This document shows, piece by piece, positions 41,392-51,274 of a stretch of DNA of 64,000 nt. Under the pieces are notes generated by a model. That model had not been told where the DNA came from, made no database searches, and worked only from the letters and a program-made list of their open reading frames with translations. Source of the stretch: Mytilus californianus (taxonomy: Eukaryota); NCBI RefSeq assembly GCF_021869535.1, contig NW_026262723.1, positions 83,018,001 through 83,082,000 on the forward strand. The letters are read 5' to 3'. The position numbers were made by a program, and so were the translations under genes. Positions within the stretch are counted from its first letter, which is position 1. Every line of letters begins with the position of its first letter.

Positions 41392-41847
41392 TTATTTACT
41401 CAAATTATTATTTGCCATCTTCAGTTCAATTTTACAAGGATGAAGAGGAAATGGGTGTCCTAAACATTTCCCAACAGACACACAAGTCATTCTGCTATTG
41501 TTGAATCCATGTGGTTCAAGTGATAAATGGTCAGTATTTATGCACTTTGAATTATGACACAGATGTGACACATCTAGCCCTTGGAAGTTAAATTTTTTGT
41601 GCTTTATCATGTAGGCAAGTCTGTGAACATGAATTTTTGTCCATCCAATGGCATTTGGGAATTTGCAATTTAAAACTCCATATTTGCCATTGGATGTACA
41701 AGCCCCAGTCCAAATATTACATTCTCCATTTTGGCCAAGCATGGCATTTTCATACAATTTAGTCAGATATTTTTCAAAAAATGCCTCCATTTTAACTTTG
41801 TAAAGTTTAAGGGTCATGTCAGTGCACATAAGAGTATGAATTTGCAC
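41392..41847 (-). CDS. Small His-Me finger (I-PpoI/His-Cys box-like) endonuclease; likely ATG at 41829, 41817 or 41790
   Basis: ECNIWTG..GKYG..HVHRLAY..DVSHLCHNSKCINTDHLSLEPHGFNNSRMTC..C.GH..C parallels I-PpoI SHLCHNTRCHNPLHLCWES..N..R..C. The track start at 41847 is a GTG. Confidence 0.9.
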   Translation of the reverse strand: MQIHTLMCTDMTLKLYKVKMEAFFEKYLTKLYENAMLGQNGECNIWTGACTSNGKYGVLNCKFPNAIGWTKIHVHRLAYMIKHKKFNFQGLDVSHLCHNSKCINTDHLSLEPHGFNNSRMTCVSVGKCLGHPFPLHPCKIELKMANNNLSK

Positions 41848-42082
41848 ACTAAAAATAATTTTGTGACCTTATTTTTTACAAATTAATCCTACAATTAAAA
41901 TTTCTTGTTTTTAAAATCATATTTTTGAAATAAATTAAATTTCAAATTTAAATTTCTCCTTCAAACTTATATCAAAGGAAAGCCCTTTTCATTACGATTC
42001 TAAAACAGTGATTGTTATTCAAATACTGTAAAAAATAAGGTCAGAAAGTCATTTTTTGTGTGCAATCAACACCCGTCTCCTA

Positions 42083-42534
42083 GTCCTCAGACCACAATTA
42101 ATTTGCCTATACATTCTTTGTAAAAATAATGACATATAAAAAAAATTACACCGCTTCAAACAAAATGACATTTGCTCCACATGAAGATCATCCTTTTCTC
42201 AGGAAAATATTACAATGCCAGAAAAATCCATCAGTGCTTTCGTCCGTAACACCTAAATACACATCCATGGGGTTCACCTAACCAACGAAAAGAAAGTAAA
42301 CACCAAAAATTTGACCTTTGAACTGAAGACAATTTACAACTTTCAATTTCAAATATTCAAGTTTTGGGTATCATAGCAATTCATTCAAACACTATTCTAC
42401 CAAAATTAACCAAGAAACACTCACTTTTGCAAATAAAAAGCACAGAAAAAAATTATGGAAGAAATTACCTATTTTTACTATAGGAACTACATTCCTAGAC
42501 CACGAGCAAAGGGAATTAATTGTGGTCTGAAGCC
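42083..42534 (+). repeat. Right long terminal direct repeat (452 bp)
   Basis: Identical to 37633-38084 except position 2 (GTCC vs GGCC) and 42255 A vs 37805 C. Confidence 0.95.
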
Positions 42535-43014
42535 ATAAAGAGTTCAGGCCCTCGCGAGTGGGAGAGTCGATCACGGGGAGGGACTGAATTATTCGGGTTA
42601 ATCCAAAACTCGCCAATATATAAGCGTGAACCCCTCAGGGGGTTCACGAAATGAGAAATGTAATGAGTGACCACATTCCTTGTTAATGACCTAATAGTGT
42701 AAGCAACAAAATGATTATGTCACGGGATAATCCGTGTTTAATCAATGCCAAAACGTTGACGTAATTTGTGTTTTTAATTGCTAATTTCTTCAAAACTACT
42801 TTTACTTTACACATGAAATTTGGCACACACATGCATCGTGTCTTATTGCTTTAATCAGAGTAAAAATTATCGTGATGATACACGTAATAATCTTGCTTTC
42901 GATGAAAATGTGGTAAATTTAAATTTTAGTCTTACTAAAATGCTGAAATAATTATACTAAAATCACTTAAATACTTTCCGCTTTTGTTATAGGATATATT
43001 TAATATATAAATAT

Positions 43015-43465
43015 AGATTCTACCACCGCATCGAGTGTGATACGATATTTATCCACTCGAGACAGTTAAATTTTCAAATTTAAAACGCGAGGCTCGCCGA
43101 GCGTTTTAAATATTTAAAATTTAACTGTCGAGAGTGGATAAATATCGTATTACACGAGATTTGGTGGTGGAATCTGTTTCTCTAATGATTTTCAAACAAT
43201 ACGCAGGCAAATTTATTCCGTCTTTTCGAATGATCTGCAAAAAGATGTGTTCTTTTTATGTGACGTCATCAGGCATGGTCGCCTTTTTTCATGCCGTCAC
43301 AATAGGAAATTCAGAGGAAAGCAAGAAAATTCGACGTCATAATCGGATTTTAACCAATGAATAACTGAGATCAAATGAACCACACGTTGATTAAATTTTT
43401 TTTATACAATGGATGCAGAAAGGGATAAATTGACGAAGAGTTAGAGAAACTATATTATAAGTACT
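43015..43465. mobile_element. Palindromic non-autonomous element B (Crypton-like, tentative)
   Basis: ~160-bp palindrome 43015-43175 (centre AAAACGC-GAGGCTCGCCGA-GCGTTTT), short IR GTTTCTCTAA/TTAGAGAAAC and TGACGTCA at 43261. Confidence 0.55.
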
Positions 43466-43861
43466 ATTTTAACCACCAACAAAGAGCGTAATAATTTTAT
43501 TTTTCATGTTAAAGATTTCCCGTACAATACGGTATTTGGGGTTACCCTGTAAAAACACGAAATTTAGAAAATCGTGACCATTGGAACTTACGACGACAAT
43601 CATGATTGTAAAATATAATGATTTTCCAATAATTTGCAAGAAAAATTAGCCGTGTGATATCCGTAAACTTAAACTCGTTAACTAGAGGACTTTTTGGACA
43701 CTGGGCACCCTGCTATATCTGGATCCACTGAGGGAGTAGATTTTTCGGTTTCTTTTAATGAGTTCACAAGATCCCAATATTGTTTTGGATTATTATTATG
43801 TAAGCTTTCTAATATCTTGATAATATGATTTCATTTTATATTTCTTTGTTTTATTATAAAT

Positions 43862-44113
43862 AAAATTGAGAATGGAAATGGGGAATGTGTCAAAGAGGCA
43901 ACAACCCGACCATAGAGCAGACAACAGCCGAAGGCCACCAATGGGTCTTCAATGCAGCGAGAAACTACCGCACCCGGAGGCGTCCTTCAGCTGGCCCCTA
44001 AACAAATATGTATACTAGTTCAGTGATAATGGACGTCATACTAAACTCCAAATTATACACAAGAAACTAAAATTAAAAATGATACAAGACTAACAAAGGC
44101 CAGAGGCTCCTGA
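43862..44113 (+). repeat. Longest M1 repeat copy, abutting the truncated 3' end of the Penelope-like RT
   Basis: Extends from the M1 head to GGCTCCTGACT (reverse complement of AGTCAGGAGCC, shared with M2). Confidence 0.8.
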
Positions 44114-45810
44114 CTAATTTTTCAGTAATACATAAATTTGTCTCGCTAAAATCTAATACGTTGTTACATACACGAGCGTATCGTACAAGTTGAGATATAT
44201 AAACACCATAAGATGGTGACTGGGGAACGTCACCATCTAAAAATGGATAATTAACGATATGAAATGAAAAATCATCTCTTTTATCATAAATTTTTGTATT
44301 AAGCTTCCCGTTAATGATATAGATATCAAGATCGAGGAAAGGACAGTGGTCATTGTTAGTATTAGCTTTATTTAAAGTAAGTTCAACAGGATAAATTTCT
44401 TTAGTATACATACTGAAGTCATCATTATTGAGAGCCAATATATCATCCAAATATCTAAAAGTATTGTTAAATTTTTGTATCAGATGTTGTTTCGATGGGT
44501 CTTTGCTGATTTTAGTCATAAATTGTAACTCATAACAATACAAAAAAAGGTCCGCAATAAGTGGTGCACAGTTAGTCCCCATTGGAATTCCGATAACTTG
44601 ACGATATACGGAATCTCCAAAGCGAACAAAAATGTTATCAAGTAAAAATTCAAGGGCAGATATAGTATCAGAGCATGTCCAATTGACATAGCTAATAAGT
44701 GGTGCACAGTTAGTCCCCATTGGAATTCCGATAACTTGACGATATACGGAATCTCCAAAGCGAACAAAAATGTTATCAAGTAAAAATTCAAGGGCAGATA
44801 TAGTATCAGAGCATGTCCAATTGACATAGCTCTTTTGTTTGTTGCTACTAAAAATGACCTACAAGAGTTTGAACATATGTATTCGCATTCCGACTTTTTA
44901 AATGCCCATTTAATTAGGTGTGTGAATTTTTTCTTAATAAGAATATGAGGCAAAGTGGTATATAGGGTAGAAAAATCAAAACTTTGAACAGATTCAAAAT
45001 CACCAATATATGCATGCAATTTATCAAGTACTTCCAACGAGTTTTTGACACTCCAAAAGTAGTTAATTCCACTATTTTCAATAGCCTTATTTGAACAATT
45101 TATTATCAGGTTTTTGATTGTACCAAGTGTACTAGTAAGTAGAATAGACAATTTAGTAGTGGAACAATGACTTGAAGACGAAATAAATCTATATTTGTAA
45201 GGTGATTTGTGTAGCTTCGGAAGCCAGTACATAGTTGGGACTTTCATTGTATTTGGTTCTGCTTGTAAAGAAGTAGCTAATAGTTTATGTTTGTTACAGA
45301 TATCCTTTTCTGAAAATGAAGTCTGTTGAAACGTTGGTGAATTCGTGATTTCCTTTTGCAGAACCTCAATGTAAAATTTACGTCAAACTATAATGATATT
45401 ATTAGCAGCTTTATCAGCCGGGACAAAAACAAATTCCTTGGCTAGTTCTTTTAGTTTCTGTTTGATAAAATAGAATTTTTATGGTTGTTGTTAAGAGTAA
45501 AATGTTCTTTAAAATGACTTTTTATTATGTTGTATACATATATCAACTATCTTCATTACTGAATTAAAAAAAGAGTCCAAAGATTTTTTGTCAGCTTTTT
45601 CCCGTTTTATCCATTTCAAACAGTAAGCACGAAGTGAGTCGTGGATGATATTACGACACTCATTCCAATTAATAATTGACGAGGGACGATATTTAGGTCC
45701 TTTACTGAGGAATGGTTTTAACTCTCGGTCGCGAACGATGTTAAGGTCTCCTGTTATAACATGGAAAATGGGGCCATAAGTGTATTCGGAATTACTATAA
45801 AGTCTATATT
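44114..45810 (-). mobile_element. Penelope-like retroelement (Naiad-type) RT region, truncated and non-functional
   Basis: HVITGDLNIV..KGPKYR, VPADKAANNIIIV*RKFY, MYWLPKLHK..RFI, FDFSTLYTTLPH, GIPMGTNCAPLIADLFL, RYLDD, YDKRDDF..VNYPFL..P..SYGVYISQL. Frameshifts near 45500 and 44850; 138-bp internal duplication. Confidence 0.85.
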
Positions 45811-45915
45811 GCCGGAAAAACTGTTTCTAAGGGTAGTATTAAAAGGGTCATTTGAAAGTTGCCTCCCTTTTCTAAACAATTGATTCCTCATAGACCTGAG
45901 ATCAGAATCATATAC

Positions 45916-46430
45916 AATTATGGCCCGTAGAGAAGGTGAAAATCCAAAATTGTCAACACGAAAAGGTTATTTCGCTGAGGGCGCAGTCCGAAGTGAAATA
46001 ATTCTATAGGGTTGACAATTTTGGATATTCATCGCTTCTAAGGGGTCACAATTGTTTTATTATACCGAACTAACAGTGGAAGGGCCTTTTAAAAAATTGA
46101 AAAAGCACGTAACCTACTGATCATAACAAACACAAGTAAACGTTCGAAAATAAATTTGTGTCTAAGAATTTCAACAAAAGTAGAATCTTTTTGTGAAATA
46201 TTGATGGCCCTGAAAAGGACCGTTTATAAGAGATATCCCCGGCACTAGATGCATTTCCAAAGCCTTGTTTCCTCGTCACTTGATGGGCTTCCTGTAACTT
46301 GAAGTTGAACGTTGCCATTTTGTTTACTTACGTCTGTGACGTCATTTTCATGGGAGATAACTCGTGTACAAATCAAGAAACTCAAAAGGTTATTCATCAG
46401 TGAATAATAGGTTTAATCACCGCTGGTATA
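45916..46430. mobile_element. Palindromic non-autonomous element C (Crypton-like, tentative)
   Basis: Imperfect palindrome 45916-46053, short IR TTATACC/GGTATAA and TGACGTCA at 46337. Confidence 0.5.
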
Positions 46431-46529
46431 AATTTTTAGGGTTATTCGTCCCTCCTTGCAATTAAATGAAAATTAACTGAATTATTCCATGTCACGTGAT
46501 AACGTGTTACCCAATAGAATTGTTTATTA

Positions 46530-47637
46530 TATATGTAAGGTATAATAATACCAACTCTTGTGTTTTACCTTCTTTTTGCCCTGCTTTGGTAATCTTAAAC
46601 ATAATTTAGCAGCATCTAAAATAATAGACTCCAACTTATCACTTGCAGCATCTATTCTTTCTTGAGAGTTGACTATATCTGTCTAAATTCTGGTTTAGAA
46701 ATGACGTCTAGAAATTTTATACTTGAAGTTTCATCCCATATAAACTGTTTGGGACATTTTTTATATGTTTGATTTTTAGTTTCAACACAAGGATTTGCAG
46801 AGCTAATAATGCACCATTGCAAAAGACAATGGGCATCAGATAAGGTAGGAATGAAGTCCTCAACCTTAAAACATAAAGTTTGATTCAATAATGAATCAGA
46901 TATTAGAGTATAGTCCACTGTGCTCGACCCATTTGTAGTATGGCAAGTAAATTTACCGTAATCTACCATTTAATATGCGTAGATTTTGGCTGGAACAAAG
47001 ATCTAATAGATTTTTACCACTTGAGTGTATTTGAATCAAAACTTTCCCTAGGCTTACAATTATCAATCTCATATGTTTCAAAAGTAGGATTATGATGATT
47101 TTCATCTCTCAAGATGAAATCCTGTGAGTTACCAACCCGGGCATTAAAATCGCCACAGATAAGAATGTCCCCTATATCGTTATACTTAGATACATCTTCT
47201 TGTATGAGGTCGACGATAAATTTTTCACCGTTTTTTTCAATACTTTTGGTAATCGGTGACTGCGAGGGAGGATCATTAACTACACAACAATAAACATCTT
47301 TGGGAAGATGAAAATCCTTTTTGGGAATAAACCAGTGGAAGTTGGTGTTTGTTATTTGAAGTATTTTAATTCCTTGTTTTAGATTAGTTTTATAGAGAAT
47401 GGCTAACCCCCCAAAATGCCTTTGGTTCCTGGAAATGTCTCTGCAGATTGGGAAATAGTTAAAGCCGGGGAAGCTAATGGGGTCACCATAACCTACATGT
47501 GTTTCTGCCAATAAGACAATGTCATGTTCAGAATTTTTTTTAAGAAAAAGGGGGTCCAATGTTTTGTTTAAGAACAAAGTTTTGGAGATTAACCCACCTA
47601 TATTCCAAAAGCACATCTTAAGATTTGAGATCTTCAT
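46530..47637 (-). pseudogene. LINE ORF2 5' part: APE endonuclease and linker
   Basis: CFWNIGGL..DIVLLAETH..GGLAIL..GDFNARVG..STVDYTL..SDAHC; frameshift near 47000; ends at a KSWY-like linker. Confidence 0.85.
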
Positions 47638-48301
47638 ATTTGCTTATCTATAATATTATTGTTGTACAATAAAAAATGTTATATGAGCAGGCAAATTAAG
47701 AAAAAAGTAACAATAATACAATAGTTACATTTGGTAGATGAAATCTAATGTGTAACCTTTCTACAGATGGCAAAAAAAAGCCTGTTATTTTGAGAAAAAA
47801 GTTACAATGTTGTATGTGCTATAAATGGTAACAATGTTATATGATTAACTGTTGTATGTAATGAGTATTTGCCCAAAGAGTATAATAATACCTTTGTTAT
47901 TGGACAAAAAAAAAACAAATATGACTAAAAAACAAATAAAACTATTTAGCAAAAATTAAGGCCTCTGATGATTTTGTTTTGCCTTTTTAGAAAACTTTAG
48001 CTGAATTTGGAGTCAAGTTAATTTAAGTAATGGAATATAAAGTGAATTTGAATTAAAATGTATTAACTTGCAAAAAATTAGAATATCCTGACCTGAAAAT
48101 GTATTTTAACCTATATATAAACATCAAAACCGATTTTGGTATTTGCGTATAAATTTGTTATTATATGAAAAATATTTAAGATTAGTAATACCATCTCTCC
48201 AATACATATATATATATATGCATAACTTATATAGTGCAATAGTTGCTCTTTCAAAAATGTTCAATCTATATCAAGCATGTAATTTTAATATATGAAAATA
48301 A

Positions 48302-49610
48302 TTATATATATAATATAATGTTAATTGTTAAGGCTTGATAAAAATAAGCTACATATATGCATGCCTTGAAACTATGTAAATTAACCAGTCTTTTGGTTTT
48401 TTTTGCATTTGGTTTATTTGCGTTTTCGCTATTTGAGTTTGGTTTGTTGACAAAGTACTTAATACCCAGACATGTACATATTGACTCTTTGAAGTTTGTG
48501 GCTAACTGAGAAGTCCCTGCTTGGCTCAGATGGTATTTGTCAGTCATGTTGAGAAATTTGGACTGCAGTACACATCTGCGTGACAAATTGCTGTTGTCAC
48601 AAATGAAAACTGATGAATCAGCAAACGTGAACTTAATCATCGCATTCAGTAAGTCTACTTTCGTGTTGTATCCATCTAGCATAAGGGTAGCTAAGGAGAT
48701 AACTTTCTTAGCTCTAGGCCATTTTTCATTACAAATGTTAACGTTGGATTGCATTTGTTCAAGACAGTATTCAGGAGTGTTTTCTTTTAATTCATTTGTC
48801 AATGAGTGTAATAGGACTAATTCGGTTTCTTCTGTTGATTTTTCAATTACTTCAATAGTTTCCTTGAATTTGTAAGCTATTTTCTTGTTTGTAGAGAATT
48901 TGGCAGAGAGCTTTTCGCATTCAATGTTTTTAGTATTTGAGGTACCAATCAAGAGAACATGTGGCTTCTTTGGTTTATGAGTTGGCGGAGCCTGAATAAA
49001 GCTGTTGTTTTCTGATTGAGATATCGATAATGCATGCATTTTAAGACTTCGGATTTCATCATATTTTTGTTCCATGTCTGTTTTTAACATCTTAATGTTT
49101 TCCTCAAGAGAAGTAATATCTTGATTCTTGGCTGAAATTTCCAGGTTCATAGTATCAAGGTCAACATGAAGCTGGTCGATGAGCTCGTTATTTCTTTTTT
49201 TAGTTTCACGATGAGATGAAGCTTCTACCTCATTCTTGCTGATGAGAACTGCAATTTGAAGTTCAAATTCATTTTTCTATGTTTGTAGCTTTGTTTCCAT
49301 TTGGGACATTTTTATATCAGACATATTCTTTTCGGTTTGTGTTTTTGACAAAAGTTGATCATATTTTATTTTGAAGTCACTGTTAATATTCTGGATTTTT
49401 TCTTTTAATGCATGAATTTCACTTTGCTGTTTGTCAATTATCTGCTCGTGTTTGTTTGTACATGACTCCTTCGATGATTGTGAAAGGGAAACAAATTTTT
49501 CTTGGATGCTTTGCAGTTATGAGAAGCCCTTAGTTCTGAAAATGTTGTGCACTTTGCATGTTAAAGGACCCTTGCAGCAACTCTTTCTGAGGGGTCCATA
49601 GTAGGCTGTT
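48302..49610 (-). pseudogene. LINE ORF1: coiled coil plus SGNH/GDSL-esterase-like domain, disrupted
   Basis: Long heptad-like region, then VLLIGTSN, LLHSLTNEL and DKYHLSQAGTSQLA (SGNH blocks I, III, V-like). In-frame stop near 49270; lies upstream of the ORF2 endonuclease. Confidence 0.7.
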
Positions 49611-51274
49611 GATGTCACAATTCTTACCCATACAATCGCATTAGTCATAAAAAAATATACGCTAACCTATCAGTACTTTATTTAAACCATTTTATTCAAG
49701 TACCTAGTGAAATATTTGCCGCTGACAACCGGTATTTAATTAAACAGAATCAAAATTATATTCAATTCTTTAGTAATAAAACTGCTTAACATTCAGAAAT
49801 ATATCTTTAAATGTACATGTTATGTAAAAAAATATCAAATGAAAGCCATTTCCTGTTGGCTTTTTCTTGGGAAACTCTTGTGGGAAAAGTTCACAAAAGA
49901 AAAAGAGCAAGATGAATGTGATGACGAGTTTTCTTTAACTGAATAACAGAAAGGTAACTATTAAACTAAAAGAAACAGAAACGTCTGATGCACAATGCGG
50001 ACCACGAAGAACCATTAGTAACACTATGTTTACAATAGAGACCAACAGTCCATTAACAAAAAGTGAATTGGTTATTGAGGAAGGAAAGACGTCTCAGTAT
50101 TAGAAATAGGCCATTTTTATAAAGGTTAATGGCCAAACTAGTTGTGTTCAAACAGAAGCAAACAGTAGTCGTTAATTTGACGACGGTCATGAACTTGAAG
50201 TTATTGACCTTGAATGCGACTCTGAATTTGACGGAGAAGAATGTATCTAGTCATCTGTAATACTATTTCCGACAGAGAAATTGTTAATTGAAACAGCCAA
50301 AAAAAAGAGACATCAGAAGTTATCAGGATACCTGATTCTACCAGATATAAGCACCAAATCGGAGAATTTAACCACTCAAAATATCAAAATCATCAGGAGT
50401 TTAATGAGACATTTGAAACATTTGTGCATGAAACCTTTGGTAACATCAATTTATCAGGGAAGGTAGTCTGAACAAGTTTAAGTTTTATATAGTGTTGCAA
50501 AAAATGCAAATCGTTTCTCGTCTTCTCGTCATAGACTCGGTAAACAAATGCAGAAAAGGACACTGAACTAAATTCAAAGACTGAAAACCCCTTGGTGTAA
50601 ACATTCCATGACAATACATTTCTCTTTCTTATTGCTTTCTTTTATCCGTGTTTATCACATTGAAATGTTGTGTCAGGGACTTTAGTATAAAAAAAAAATA
50701 CTGCAGTCTAAGTGAAATAAGAATGTTGTAGAGTGCAATACTTCTCAATAACCTTTCTTTTCTGTTTTTTTTTTTTTTTTGAAGATAAATGAATATGGTA
50801 AAAAACTGTTAACCAATTTAAATTCGCAATTGATTTATTTTTGCGACTTCATCAAGTAAAAAAAATACACGAATATAAATAGTCGCGAACATAAATCGGG
50901 AAATCGATATAAAAGGGCTAAACGAGGAAAAAAATATCTGAGAAAATAAGTTGGTTTACAGTAAGTGTGCAAAGATAAAAAAATGCTTGAGACAAAGAAA
51001 TATAAGAACAAGTATGTCCATAGGACAACATGCCTCGCTTGCACTGTCACGTTTCTATGTTCAGGGAATTGTGAAATACTAGTAGCAGTAGGGGTGAAAC
51101 CCTAATTTGGCATATTATGTGAAAGTTCACACCAAAATGAACATGTGCACTAAGTTTAATTTGGTGAGACCTCAACTTCATTATGAACTACCTTAACCTA
51201 AAACTTTAAATTGATATGGAAAATCAGAAAACATTATACCCCTCTACTAAATAAGAATGATAACCACATGCATT

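Larger units (their letters stand above)
37633..42534 (+). mobile_element. Complete composite-like DNA transposon of the KolobokP type (LTDR-internal region-LTDR), 4902 bp
   Basis: ATAA|GGCCTCAGACC...GGTCTGAAGCC|ATAA (TSD 37629-37632 and 42535-42538); two 452-bp direct repeats; 3998-bp interior with a DDE transposase (+) and a His-Me nuclease (-). Confidence 0.92.

Noticed and set aside
41392-41847. Group I intron homing endonuclease in its native intron
   Set aside because: No rRNA exon context or recognisable group I core; the ORF lies inside the transposon.
37633-42534. LTR retrotransposon interpretation of the 452-bp direct repeats
   Set aside because: No TG...CA ends, PBS/PPT, gag, RT or integrase; the repeats have TIRs and enclose a DDE transposase.
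43862-44113. SECIS element downstream of the Naiad RT
   Set aside because: An ATGA...GGACG stem is present but lacks the GA quartet partner and apical AA; not supportable by eye.
49890-50600. Coding-like stretch with CCKKC, possibly a P-element-type transposase tail
   Set aside because: Too many stops and too few motifs to assign.
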